Assembly (NCBI GenBank): GCA_964019335.1
Contig: OZ025700.1
Location: 459,046-523,045 of the forward strand
Length of the DNA stretch: 64,000 bases
Direction of reading: 5' to 3'
Origin: Diplonema japonicum
Lineage: Eukaryota > Protista > Euglenozoa: Diplonemea
The notes under the pieces were generated by a model. It saw nothing but the letters and a program-made list of their open reading frames with translations. It was not told the DNA's origin and ran no database searches. Positions 35,166-47,747 of this stretch are shown piece after piece. Position numbers and translations under genes: made by a program. The stretch's first letter is position 1. Each line of letters begins with the position of its first letter.

Positions 35166-36914
35166 CTATTTAAAGACGAGGTCTTTTACCTCGGGGAGCA
35201 TGCTGAGCCCATCCCAGGCGTCCTCCGTGTGGATAAGGGTGTCGACTGCGCTGACGTTGCCATCGATGCTCTGTGCAAAGCGGATAATCTGCACGTCGTG
35301 AAGTGAGGACAGTTGGAGGGAGAAGAGGTTAAGAAGGGAAGCGCTGATGAACAGGTGGTAGACTTTGGTTGGTGCCGAAAACAACACATCCCAAATCAAT
35401 AGCACTTCATTAAAAGAAAACTCGCGCTTGAAGAGAAGGAACACCCATCTGAACGCAAACATCGAGACTGGATCTTCTCTGTCCAAGTGCTCGGACAGAG
35501 TGGGGTTCACCGCAGCTACTATCTTCCGCAACAGTCCCCTCTCCTTCTCACCGTTGTCGTTGAAGGACTCCAGACACCTCCCCATCACCTTGCAGAAAGC
35601 GCTGAAGCCATCCACTTCATTCTCAAACACGTAGTAGCACACAGCAGCGATGTCGCTCATACCTTGCACATATCCAAGGTCTTTGTTGAACATGGCATAT
35701 GCTATGAGTATGTTACGCATCGCCAGCATGCCCTCACCATTCTCGTCGCTGAACGTGCTCAGGTCCCTGTCCGTACGGTGTATGTCTTTGTCAATAGCAA
35801 CTATCTGCCGTGTCACACACTCGCAGTGCACGAGTTGCTCTTCAGTAAGATCCGTGTACTGTTTATAATATCTGTCGTAACTTTGTTTCCTTGCTTCGTG
35901 GGTTGCCTCAGGTATGTTTAATGTGAGCCTCCACAGCATCGGGCGTGCTTCTGCGGTACACGATCCACGGAATGCTAAGTTCTTGATCGCGTCAATGTTT
36001 CCCTGCTCCAGAAACAAATTGAGCTTCTCTAAGCCTAAAGGCTCCAAGCGTTGTCTAGTAGGCGGGGGGATGCGCGGCTTGGCGACCGATGAGCGGCACG
36101 GACCATCTGCATGCACTTTTGGATTCTCAGTGCTGGTGCATGGTTTTTGGTTCTGCTCTTCCGCCGCTGTCTGTGCCATATGAGACAAAGACGAAACCCC
36201 CTTGGAAAGGAGACCCATGACCTCGGTCATCTTCTGCTTGATGTTGGTGACGCTCCCCCTATCATATAGCCAGTCTTTGTATTCAGAACTGGTTTTGCCC
36301 GACGGTGCTGCCACCCACAAGTTTCCCTCCTTCTGGTGCAAGGACTTGAGTTCACAAAGTAACTTGCGGAAGTCCTTACAGCCACTTTCAAATGCCAAGG
36401 AAATACTCTTCACAGAGCGGTTGTCAAGCACATTCAAAATCATCACCTTCCCTTCTGTCTTCATGGAGTACACACTGTCCAGCAGTATTTTGATGCTGTA
36501 CTTGGCTTCTGCGGCAAACGCTGATGGATCCTTCTCCGCCGCCTCGACTACAGTCTCGATGTCTTTCTTAGAAAGTAACTCCGGGTTTACCTTCATCATC
36601 GCAGAGTAAGGCAGCCAAAACAGAATGACCCTCCCACTGCAGTTTTCCTTAAGGAGTAGCAGTACACCGCTGATGTCTATCTTCCTGCCCCTTGGCTGTT
36701 TCACCTTATTAGTGTATATCACATCAAACCTGGAACCCATTTGCTCCTGTTGAAGCTCCATGAATATCTCCGCCGACACATCTCCTCCTTCTTTCCCCTC
36801 ATCGTCTTCTTCCTCGCTTTCTAGAATCCATGTGTCCTCTCTGCTAGACATTGTGTCAACCCGCACTTTCATTCTCTTCTCAGTTTCATCTGCAAGACCA
36901 GTCTCCAGCGTCAT
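35166..36914 (-). CDS. TBC-domain Rab-GAP (TBC1D15/Gyp7-like)
   Basis: IDKDIHRTDR, GYVQGMSD and FAFRWVFLLFKREF. Start taken at MTLETG. Confidence 0.9.
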   Translation of the reverse strand: MTLETGLADETEKRMKVRVDTMSSREDTWILESEEEDDEGKEGGDVSAEIFMELQQEQMGSRFDVIYTNKVKQPRGRKIDISGVLLLLKENCSGRVILFWLPYSAMMKVNPELLSKKDIETVVEAAEKDPSAFAAEAKYSIKILLDSVYSMKTEGKVMILNVLDNRSVKSISLAFESGCKDFRKLLCELKSLHQKEGNLWVAAPSGKTSSEYKDWLYDRGSVTNIKQKMTEVMGLLSKGVSSLSHMAQTAAEEQNQKPCTSTENPKVHADGPCRSSVAKPRIPPPTRQRLEPLGLEKLNLFLEQGNIDAIKNLAFRGSCTAEARPMLWRLTLNIPEATHEARKQSYDRYYKQYTDLTEEQLVHCECVTRQIVAIDKDIHRTDRDLSTFSDENGEGMLAMRNILIAYAMFNKDLGYVQGMSDIAAVCYYVFENEVDGFSAFCKVMGRCLESFNDNGEKERGLLRKIVAAVNPTLSEHLDREDPVSMFAFRWVFLLFKREFSFNEVLLIWDVLFSAPTKVYHLFISASLLNLFSLQLSSLHDVQIIRFAQSIDGNVSAVDTLIHTEDAWDGLSMLPEVKDLVFK

Positions 36915-37215
36915 ATGAGCACTCTTGTTATATATATGAGACAGCAGTGGTGACAACGAAAGAAAAAGAAAAAAAGAGCGACTTGAGAGGAAGGGATAAT
37001 GTGTGTATGGTAAATACTCGTGGGGGGCTACGAGGGGGGATACAAACAAAGATTATACTTTTTGTTGGTTTTTGAAGAGAGGGGCGCCCATGCTTCAATA
37101 AAAAAGCTCTACCTCTGTGTTATAGGACCACAGAGGGAGGACGGCTCTCCTGTGCACTGTGTGTGGGTGTTGTGTCTTGGTATTGCTAACTTGCTTTCTT
37201 CATGTCCCCTTGCCT

Positions 37216-37533
37216 TCAGTAGTAGTACGCCCTGGGGCTCACGACAGTGTCGTAGTAGCGCGGAGAGGCCAAGGCGTCGTAGTAACGAGGGGAGGTCGCC
37301 GAGGTGTAGTAAACATCACGGATGCGCCTCGCAGAAGCATCGGCCTCGGCACGAGCCGTCGCTGCAGCCACGCTGTATGAGGGGCTGTACGCGGAGCTGT
37401 AGTAAGGTGCATAGGCCAAGGAAGAAGTGTAGGGGACGGTGGCACGTGCAACAGCAAGGTCGGCCTCAGCACGAGCAACAGCAACATCAACAGAGGTCAC
37501 CCTCGGGGACACAGGTGCGACGTAGTAGACCAT
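37216..37533 (-). CDS. Small Tyr-rich SPRYY-motif protein, copy 5
   Basis: Matches copy 3, including ~235 bp of 3' flank (~36980-37215 vs ~11622-11858). Confidence 0.8.
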   Translation of the reverse strand: MVYYVAPVSPRVTSVDVAVARAEADLAVARATVPYTSSLAYAPYYSSAYSPSYSVAAATARAEADASARRIRDVYYTSATSPRYYDALASPRYYDTVVSPRAYYY

Positions 37534-38269
37534 TTTTTTTAAAGGTTTTTTTAACTTGTGGAATAGAAAGCTGTGATGGGTGTGCTGAAACCGTGTCATT
37601 TAGCGAGGGGACGATGGTGGGAACCCCGGACGGACAAGGGAAGTCGGTGGAGGTCCAAAAGTTTTTTTTTTTTTAAAAAGGGGGACTTGAGAAAATAAAT
37701 AAAAAGGGGGACTTGAGAATGTTTTTTTTTTTCTTCAAAAGACACACAAGATAAACCTTAAGAGAAAATAAAAATATTCCAAAACAGACAATCAAGTTCC
37801 AACCTGGGAGGAAGGCATGGGTTTCTCTTTTTCTTTATGGGAGGGAGAGGGGAAGAAGAAGAGGCAACTCCAAATGATAAAAATTCAAAAATAAAAATTT
37901 CAAAAAAGTCTTAAAAATAAAAAGTTGTGACACAACAAGTCCACCGATGAAAAATGAAACCCGAGAGGAAGGAGTGGGTCTCTTCTTTTCTTTTTTTTTT
38001 GGGAGGGGAAGGGAAGGAGAAGAAGAGGCAAATTCTAAAACATACTAGGGAGGAATGAGTGGGGCAGGGGGGTAAAATTTAGGAGGGGGAAAGAGGGAGA
38101 AATCAAAAAAGGGGAAAGGGGCAGAGTGACCAATGTCCATGCGAAAAAGCATAGAGCGGGGGAAGAAGAAAATCAAAAACAGGAAAAACACATCACCACA
38201 TAAGAAAAAAGAAAAAAAAAAAAAACGTCGACCGAGATGGTTCCACTCCAAAAAGAAAAAGAAAAAGAA

Positions 38270-38278
38270 AAACAGAAG

Positions 38279-38310
<32 letters not shown>

Positions 38311-38430
38311 AAAAACAAAAAGAAAAAAAAAAAAAAAAGGAAAAAAAAAAAATCTAAGTGGTTCTATCTAGCCTGGCCGTTGTAGCACCTGTTCCCTATT
38401 CTTTTATTTTTCCCTTTTTTTTTTTCTCAG

Positions 38431-38461
<31 letters not shown>

Positions 38462-41400
38462 ATCTTCCTATGGCGGGGGGGGACCAGCCCCCCACACCCC
38501 TGCTGGCCTATCTGGCCAGCGAGCCTTTGGACCTCTTCTTGTGGGGTATGGGCCCCACCCGCGCCCTCCCCGACTCGAGCTGCAGCCAAGCCACCGCACT
38601 GTTCACCGGGGCCCAGTTCTCCTTGTTGCGCACCTTGACCATGTCCCGCACCAGGTCGTCGCTCCCCAGCTCTTCCATCAACCTGTGCTCCGCCAAGAAC
38701 TTGAACTGGGGCCCGGTCATCCCCTTGAGCTCACCCCTGCATATGTTGGCTTCGACCACGGTGCCATCCGCCCCCGTACCCTTCAGATAGATGTAGCCAC
38801 CCTCCACACAATCCGAGTCAGTACTGGCCGATCGGGCCCGGGCCCGCTTCTTGTCCTTCTTGCTCCACTTCAGCTCTTCCAGGGTGGGGAGGTCCGTGGC
38901 AACCACCTCAGGCCGCCTCTCCCTGTCTTCCTCCTTCTTCCGGGCCAACAGCCCAAGGTACCTCTCAAAGGAGACGTCCTCGAACAACCCCGGGACCGTC
39001 ACCACCGCTGACTGCAGGTCGACCTCTTCAACACCCATCTTCCGCAGATGGTCCTGGACAGTGCGCCTCGTCTCCTTCTCGCAGGGCCCCCTCCCCTCGT
39101 AGACGTCGAGGGTGACCTTCCTTCCATCCCTCACCCACGCCTTCACTTTGATCAGGTCCTTGACCTTTCCCACTGGGGCCCTTATCCTTGCGTCGCACCT
39201 CTCCAAGAACTCACGTAGTGTCACCTTGGTAGCGCCGGCTCCCGCCGCAATGTCCACTACCCCTTCCTTCCCCGGTGTCGGGTGGTGTCTGCACCCCCGG
39301 GTCTGCAACTTGACCACCCTCCATGCCGTTTCCAGAGTCCCCTTGAGCACGCCACCCTTGAAACGAACAGGTTGCACCGCCGAACACCCACATGCGTACG
39401 TGATCTGGAAATCCTGGACCGTCCTCGGGAACTCGAACTCGCGGTATGTTTCCGACTTCTGCACCTCACAACCCACAATGCGGCTGCGGCGCTCTCCGTC
39501 CGACCCACCCTCCAAGCTTGCGAAGTACTGCTTTACCATCATGTATCCAAGTCCAGCAATACCAATCTGGCCAGCCATAGCCACCTCCAGCGGAACACCC
39601 AGCGACTCGGCCTTCGCAAGAAGCATCTCCTCAGTCCTCTCCCTTCCAGGGTCCGTTCCTTCTTCAAGGATGATCTCCACCCGGCCCTCGAACTGGATGA
39701 TGAACTTGAGCAGTCGGTCCCCCGGCCTCGCCCTCAGTGGCACCATCGCTCTCGGAATTGGGATGCCCATCACCACATCAATCGGGTCAAGCTGAACGAA
39801 GTCTCCCCCTACTTCCACCTGCTGTTCCCTTTCCGGTGCCCCGACTCCCATCAGCTGATCTCCCTCCGGCGTCTGGATCCCACCCCTAGGTGTGTCAGGC
39901 CCCGACTGGCTGCCTCCGCTCGGTGCGTTCCCGCCCTCTTTGGTCCCTTCGGGGGCATCATCCGCCTGTGGCTTCAGAGTCCTCCCACCGCCCTGTCTCT
40001 TCGCAGCTTGTTCCCTACAGAACTCGCTCACGGTCATCTTCCTCGTAGCAGTTGTCGCACTCTGGTCCCCCTTGTTCGAGTCCCTCTGGGCCTCCGTATC
40101 CCCCTTAGGACACTGGTCCAAGGTCCGGTTCACCGCAGCGTCAGTCGCCCCTTGTCTCTTCCCATCTTCCTGGGCCTTCGGGTCAAGCTCCCCTCCCTGC
40201 CCAGCCCTCTCGCTGGATCCTGTTCCGGCCATCTCCGTGTCTTCTCCTCCCGGTGAGGCTGCTTCGAGTCCTGCTCCCGCTTTCCCTTGTGTTCCACCCT
40301 CCACCGGTTCCGCCTTTCGCTGCTGCTGCATTCGGGCGTCCAGGTCCTTCTTCGTCTGCTCCAGAAGGGCATCCAGCTGGTGGGCCACCGTGATTGGGGG
40401 TCCGCCTCCCTGTCCCTTCACTTCCCTCTCGGACGACTCCTCAGCTTCGGTGGTTTTTTCATTGCCGAAGGAGTCCTCTGTGAGGTCAGTGTTGGATTCA
40501 GTGTTGGGTTCGTTGTTCGCTTCCTCGTTGTCCTTTTTTTCCTCTTCGCCGTCCAGTACCGGGGGCCCGGGATCCAACTGTACAGGCCCTTTGACTAACA
40601 GCGCCCCTGCTATCGATCTCATCATGGCCGTTGACACCTCTTGGACCACACGCCTGTGTATCGAGACTCTGTCCCCGTGGGCCCGCACAGCTATGCTCCT
40701 GGACAGTTTCTTCGTGAGGTAGACCGCTGCCTCCCTGAACCCCCCGAAGGTCTCCATCGCGAAAGGTACAAAGGCCACGCGTGTCTTGGCGAGCTCCGCC
40801 TCATACTTCTGGCGCTTGTAGTGTTCCGCCTTCGCCGCTGCATACCCCGCAGTCTTCGCCGCCTGGTTGACACAAGACTCGTTCCTCGGGTGGACGATGA
40901 CCACGTCCATAGCCATTGGGCGGGAACCCCCCACCCCACCTGGGAAGAACACGTCCGCCGGGCGCTGGGACGACCCCGGGATCAGCCCCGTCTTCTCCAT
41001 CGTTGCGCTCACCCCGGCCCACTGACAGTGTCTGTGGATGGTCTCCTTCACCCGGTCGTGCCTCGCAATCCTGGCGTTGCCGCATCCCTGGGCATGGTCA
41101 CCCCATACGTCCATCCCCTCAGTCTTGCACCTCGGGTCGTGGCAGCTCTCACCCTGCTTGTAGACCGGAGCCCCCAACCACCACTTGATCAGAGCCCCAA
41201 ACTCGTTGTCCGACAGCTGGTTGTAGAAGTCAGGCGTCGCCGTCAACCACGCCCCCGCATAGTGCATTGACTCCGACATCAACCTCGCTCTCGAGCGCGC
41301 ATCTGCTTTCGCCAAGAGGTCCTCCAGCGCCTTCTCATCAAGCACCCTAGAGAGCCACCTCTGGCTGCAGATGTGGGGGGCCTTGGCCACCATGTCGGGT

Positions 41401-42892
41401 GTAATCTGCATGCCGCCTTTCGTCCTGTTGAACCACTCGAGCCAGCTCCCCCATACACCCCCTTCCAGCCCATGTTCGTATTTGGGATCCAGCTCCTTGC
41501 ACAGCTTCATCGTCGACGCCCTCGAAGCCATGTTGGCCGCGCGCAGGTGCTCCTGGCAGCTCCTCATCCCAAGCCCACCGACTTTTACGGACAGTTTCGC
41601 CTGCTGCCATTCTTTCGACCCGCTCTCGAACTGCATGCCGCACACCTTCGACATCGTCTTCCGCACCATCTCGTCGAACCTGTGCATGACCCCTCCCACA
41701 TGCGAGTCTGGGACCACTCTCATGTAAAACACCAGTTTGCTGTATGAGCTGCAATACCGGAGAAGTGTGTACCCTGTCTGCCTCCCCACCTTGGTCAGCA
41801 TGTCGAAGTTCTCTTCCAGCGCGTCCAAGCGTTTGTTCAGAAAGGCTTGCGTGTACTCTGGCGATCCTATCGGCGCCCCCAGGAGCATGAAGTTCCTCTC
41901 TTTGTGGAAATTCTCTTCTGTCAGGCCATCGAAGCCTGTGTCCTCCACTGTCTGGGGGAGGTCGCCACTAACCCATATGAGCTCACACTTCTGGGGTTTC
42001 ACTTTCAGCCCTATCATTCCACTCAGCTCACACAAGATGTTGTACGCCTTTCTCACTTCATCCACATTCCCCACAAGGACGCCATCGTCCAGGTAGAACT
42101 GGAGGATGTCCAGGTTGCAGTCTTCACTTATCTTGTTCACCAGGGGTTGGATGGCCAGAGAGAACAGCAGTGGTCCCATCGGGTCCCCCTGTTGCACCCC
42201 TTCCTGGGAGGCCTGTGAGCACAGCTGCCTCCAACAAACACTGTTGAAGGCATTGGCGTAGTCGATCTTGAGGATCACCTTGTTTTCCTGCTTGTTGCCC
42301 CGTTCCCTGTCCACATACTGCCTGATGGTGTGTATAGCCGCCTCCATTCCAGCAGGGACCAATACCCCCACCTGGCCGCCTTTCTTCAGGTACGAAGAGG
42401 CCACTTCTGGAGCGATCTTCTTCACAAGGGATTTCCCCACCAGCCGACACAGCACATCCCCAACGGCTATGGGCTGCACGTCCCTGTCGTTCTTCTTGAG
42501 GGCCACAAGGTTCGCCCCTGCCATCAGCAGAGCCACCTCCCTAGGGGCCATGCCTCTAGCTAATGCATTGACTGCCCTCATCACCAACATCAAGCAGCCA
42601 TGTAATTTCCCTTCTCCCACTCCTCCAATCTGGCCTGGACACTCAGCTACGTCTCCTTGTCCCACTTCTTCCCTCCCCTCTTCTTCCACAGGCAGGCTTT
42701 GGGGAGCATCACCACCAGCAGCCAAGCCTCCTCTGTGTTGTCCTTCACCGCCCGGCCCAGAGTGTGCTTAAGGGTAGGCCCCCACAGTCTTTGAAGGCTC
42801 GTCAGGATCGACCCCATGGTCATGACGTTCATGGCGGCTATGGCTTCCAGGCTGGGTAACTCAGTCCTCATCAGGGCCAGTGGGGGGGGTCG
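38270..42892 (-). mobile_element. CRE-like non-LTR retrotransposon, copy A (5'-truncated, internally deleted)
   Basis: RT and REL motifs. Homology to copy C starts at ~42892; the 3' 1.4 kb matches copy B. Lacks segments equal to ~61341-61700 and ~62090-62176. Confidence 0.9.
38508..42725 (-). pseudogene. RT + restriction-like endonuclease + C-terminal extension ORF of copy A
   Basis: KIDYANAFNSV, GVQQGDPMGP, YLDD, CCHC-like knuckle, RHD, RPAD, D-VVIVHP, KRQKY and FVPFAMETFG. A deletion lies inside the RT. Confidence 0.85.
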
Positions 42893-43399
42893 TAAAACAA
42901 AAAAAAAGGTAAGGAATTCCCTGTTCCACCAAGTTCCAGTTCTGCCATTCTGCCAAGTTCTGACTTTCAGTTTGGCAGAAGGGAATGGAACAACCCAATC
43001 CTGCACAAGCAGAATCTTGGTTACCCAGGACCCTGGCTGGGGTTGAGCTGAACACCACACACATTAAGGACACAACACGGAACACAGAAGAAGCTACAAC
43101 TCGGCTGTGGTGTACCCCCTGTAATCAAGTAGTCTTGTGCAGGTCCTTTAACTCATATATCTCTCACCGCGGCCGGGTTGTAGCTTCTTCTGTGTTCCAC
43201 ATTGATCACCACAGCCGGGTTGTATTACATCCAAATACAACATTTCTGGACATATGTACATACCTGCAGCTGCAGTGCACTGGAGTAGATAGGTGCAAAT
43301 GGCTTGATGGAGCTGTGCATGTCTGTGGTATGAAGAAGAAGAAAAAATCATTGTCCAAAAATATTTGAAAAAAAAGTGTTTGCAGGTGTGTCAAAAATT

Positions 43400-43480
43400 G
43401 CAGAAAATTTTCAGTCAGTCTGGCTGATCTGGTCAGTCTGGCCAATCCGGTCAGTCTGGTCAGTCTGGTCAGTCTGGTAA
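43400..43480. repeat. (GGTCAGTCT)n 9-bp tandem repeat
   Basis: About 7 degenerate units visible. Confidence 0.7.
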
Positions 43481-43647
43481 AATGGGTACACCAGACTGGA
43501 CTGGATTCACCCATCACTGGGTGGGGCAGTGTTGGTGAGTCCCATCCCATCCCCTAAAACGGAATACAGGCCTGGATGGGACTCATGGGACTCCACAGGA
43601 TAGACTGTACCCTTTTTTCACTCCTCTTCACTTTCACCCACCCAGGC

Positions 43648-43770
43648 CAGTGTTGGTCAGTCCTGTCCCATCCCCTAAAACAGAATATGGGCCTGGACAG
43701 GACTCATGGGACTCCATGGGATGGGACTCAATGGGACTCACAGGACTCATGGGACTCTCCCCAACACTGT
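43648..43770. mobile_element. MITE-like unit with CAGTGTTGG...CCAACACTG ends and GGGACTCAT repeats
   Basis: Related copies at ~43527-43596 and 44867-44949. A (GAGTCCCCT)n block at 47227-47368 also ends in ccaacactg. Confidence 0.55.
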
Positions 43771-43898
43771 CATTATTTTTGATAGTTTTGCAACTTTTTT
43801 TTTGGGAATCCTTGATTTTTTTTTTGACATACATGATGTGTTTACCTTTTTTTTTTCCCCCTTCTTTTTTTCTTGTCTTCTCACATTTTATCACACAC

Positions 43899-44835
43899 CT
43901 AAGCCAAGCTGTTGTTTCTGCTTTTCACATCAAATGTTGTATTTGGATGTAATAGAAAAGGGGGGAAATAATAAATAATATGTACAAGAGGAGGGTATGT
44001 GTAGGGGAGTATGAAATTCTGTATTTTGATTTCTTGATAGTCATTGCTCACGTATACCTTACCATTATGACTAGCAAAGTACATCTCTCCCTTTGATAAA
44101 GTGTAAGTGAGCATAGGATCATGTTCCAATGATAGCTGTAAAAAGATTGTTTCTTCATCTTGTGTCACAGGAAGGTATTGGTAGTTATTACTTATTCTTA
44201 TGTAGTATGGATGGTGATACTCCACTTCTCCAGGTGCAAATGTTAAAATGAGTGACCCTATCTTTTCAGGATAAAGGTTGACAATCTTCTGCTTGCCTCC
44301 AGCACCTGCAACAAGGGTATTCAAAGACGAAGGTATGAAGGGTGATGTTGCTATTGAAGTAGTAGTGACAGTTGGAACTAAGTCAACATTAGAGGGTAGG
44401 ATTGCTTTGGGAGGTGATTTTCTTACAGGAATAGGGGACACTGCACTACTTGTTGTCACCACTGGGTTGGTAGAGGTTGAAGAAGTAGACTGCTTGATGG
44501 GTGATGTTGATATTGCTGTTGTTTTTGGAGGATCTGTAGTGGTTGCAGAAGATCTCACCTTTGTTTAAATTGGGGAGCTTGCAGTAGATAAGAGAGATCT
44601 TGGAGGAGGTGGTGGGAATGGTGATGTTGCTATTGTTTTTGCTTGTGGCTTGCATGCAGGAGTGTGAACTAGACCAGGTGCATGTGTTGGTGCTGGAGTG
44701 CATAGGTGCATGTGTTGGTGCTGGAGCAGGCATAGGTGCAGCTGAGAGCGGCGTAGGTGCATGCGTTGCTGCTGGAGCAGGCATAGGTGTGGCTGAGAGC
44801 GGCATTGGTGCAGAGCGGGCTAGTGCTTCTGTCAA
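43899..44835 (-). pseudogene. Degraded Ser/Thr/Pro-rich ORF(s), possibly part of the viral remnant
   Basis: Two overlapping ORFs with PMPAPA repeats and an aromatic C-terminal part; CpG-poor. Confidence 0.35.
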
Positions 44836-45139
44836 TCTGGTTTAAACTCCTTTTCCTTTTCTGTAGCAGTGTTGGTCAGTCCCATCCCCTAAAACAGAAT
44901 ACAGGCCTGGATGGGACTCACGGGACTCACGGGACTCTCCCCAACACTGTCATTATTGATGTGTGCGATGTACAGCTCAACCCCTGCATTGCACTGCCTG
45001 TTTGTTGCACATATTTTCATGTTATCCCCCCCCACCTGAAAATAATAGAAAGGAGATAAATATATGAGTTAAAGGAGGCTGGTGTTGGCAGCACCCTGCA
45101 CAAGAACTGTCTACTTGATTACAGGGGGTGCACCACAGC

Positions 45140-45435
45140 CAAGTTGTAGCTTCTTCTGCGTTCTGCATCGTTTCCTTAATCACCGTGGCTGGGATGTAGC
45201 TTCTTCTGCATTCCACATCATGCCCTTAATCACTGCAGCCAGGTTGTAACTTCTTGCATTCTGTGTCATTTCCTTAACCACCACGGCCGGGTTGTAGCTT
45301 CTTCTGCGTTCTGCATCGTGTCCTTAATCACCACAACCGAGTTGTAGCTTTTTGTGTTCTGTGTCATTTCCTTAATCACGATGGCCGGACGGCTGGGTTG
45401 TAGCTTCTTCTGCATTCTGTGTCATGTCCTTAATG
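45140..45435. repeat. ~50-60 bp tandem repeat (gttgtagcttcttctg..tccttaatcac), ~6 units
   Basis: Units directly visible. An inverted single-unit version with the same flanks lies at ~43010-43131. Confidence 0.75.
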
Positions 45436-46644
45436 TGTGTGGTGTTCAGCTCAACCCCAGCCAGGGCACCCCAGGTAACCAAGATTCTGTGCTCATGTGG
45501 TTTGCTCAGTGATGACAGATGAGGAGGTCAACAGTGAACAACACATCTGTTTTTCTTATATTTTCATGTTATCCCCACCACCTGAATCCAAACCCCCTGA
45601 CATTTTTTTTAATTTTTTTTTTTTTTTTTTTCCCACACCCAAAAGGGGTGCCAAAATGGGGCTGGACAGACACAGATGCCTACAGGGGGTTTTTGTAAGT
45701 TTGAAAACCGAAAATTCTGGATGCAAATTTGGCTCCACGGTGTTCTTGGTGTTCAGGCTCCCTGTCTGCCAGGGCTGGCCCACCATGGCTGTTTTCACCA
45801 CCTTCTTTGGGGCTGTAGGTCTTTCAATTACTCCCTAAACTCCTTCTCCTTGGCTTTTTTTCTTGGTGTCCACTGTAAAAATGGTGATATTTTGATAAAC
45901 GAGAGAGGTATGTATGGGGAAAAAGTGCATGCACAGTGTTGGGGGGGGGGTCTGGAATAGTGATTTTATCCGCCTCTTTTCACCCATGGGACGGAAAAGC
46001 CCCCGCCTTGCCAATCGCGATGGAAGACACGGTTTATGGTTCCCATGCCCCCCACCGGATTGTCTTCTACTCCTCGTTTCACTTTTTTTATTTTTTTATT
46101 AGTAAATTAAAACTTCTCTAACAAGGTGGGAGAAAAAAAAAAATCTGGCATGCACAAAAAAGTGGTGATAAAGATTCGAGTTCATGAATCATAGAGGAGA
46201 AAAAGGTCTCTTTCTTCTCTTTAATTTTTCTCTTTTTCAAACCTCCTTTGATGATAAAATAAAAATTTAAAATTTGGTTGCTGTTCTCTTTCTTTGTTTT
46301 TCCTTTTTATTTTCTCGGCAAACCTGATGCAAAATATAATAAACTAGGGAGGAATGAATCTTTTCTTTTCTTTTCTTTTTTTTTTGAGGGGGGGTAGGGT
46401 TGGGAGAAAGAAAATAAAGAAAAGAAAAATAAAAAGAAAATAAAAGATATATGAATTGAAGGGAGTCTTTGTGAGACGCCCTCTCATCCTCTTCGTCTTC
46501 CTGCACCTTTCCCCTTTCTGCAGCGGTTTCTCCTCCATTGGTGGTCTTGCCGTCCTTCCCCAGCCCGGCCTGAAAAAAAGAAAAAAATTGGGAAGGCTTC
46601 CATAGATCACCAGCTATGGAAGCCCGCCTGATAAACCCACCCGT

Positions 46645-46910
46645 CAGCGAACAAGCTGTAGAAGGAAAACTTCTAGTTAAACCAAAAATAAAAATAAAAA
46701 AGAGTCAACTTAAAGCCATCAGCAAACAAGCTGTAGGAAAACTTCTAGTTAAACCAAAAATAAAAATAAAAATAAAAGAGAATCAACTTAAAACCATGCA
46801 TGTAGAAGGAAAACTTCTAGTTAAACCATAAGATAAAAAATAAAAAAGAATCAACTCAAAACCATCAGCAAACAAGCTGTAGAAGGAAAACTCCTAGTTA
46901 AACCAAAAAG
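46645..46910. repeat. ~70 bp tandem repeat (tgtagaaggaaaacttctagttaaaccaaaa), 4 units
   Basis: Directly visible. Confidence 0.8.
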
Positions 46911-47747
46911 AAAAGAAACAGAAACCCAACAGCAAACATGTTATAACTAGGAACTTCAGGGGGAAAACTCCCGGTCCCCTTTTTTTTTCTTTTGCTATCT
47001 TTCTTTTTTTTTTTTCCCCATTGTCGTTTTGTTGTAATGGAAAAAAAAAAAAAAAAAAAAAAATTACATAGCCATAACAAGGTAGTATGAGCCTTGCCTC
47101 ACATCCCACCCAAACCTTGGACCTCTTTTTTTGAACTTTTGAAACCAAAAGTACCAAAAAAATGCAAGCCCCAGCCTAAATTTGGGTCTTTGTGACACAA
47201 AAAACACAAAGAAATTTTTTGGTCCCAAGAGTCCCCTGAGTCCCCTCCAGACCCCTGAGTCCCTTGAGTCCCCTGAGTCCCCTGAGTCCCCTCCAGACCC
47301 CTGAAAATTTCAGGGGACTCCTGTCCTGTGGAGTCCCCTGAGTCCCTCAAGGGTCTGGACCAACACTGGCTTCTTTTTGTGCTCTTTCTCTTCTTTGCTT
47401 CCTCAGCTCCTGGTAGGTGGGAGGGAGATGTTTTTTACACTTGTGAGGGGTTCCAATTAAAGGAGTGAGCAACACCTGGTCTGCCTTGGCAGTGCCTAAG
47501 TGTTGATGTTGGGTGGTACTCAAGCTTGGATCTGCAATGTAGGGTTATTCCATGCTTTGGGATCAGCTTGGAGGGCTTGTTCCCTACCCCTGTGTCACTC
47601 TTGCATGTTTCTTTTCCCTTTCATCTGCTTCTCCTCCCTTCAGGAGCTCCCTACCCTTCTCCTTCCTTCCTTTTCCAACAGCCTCCAAAGCCTTGATCAA
47701 TTCCTTCATATTATTTGTATTGGGTAGCATCTTCTTTTTAAAAGACA

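Noticed and set aside
45140-46910. CRISPR-like arrays
   Set aside because: Whole units repeat without unique spacers; eukaryotic context and no cas genes.
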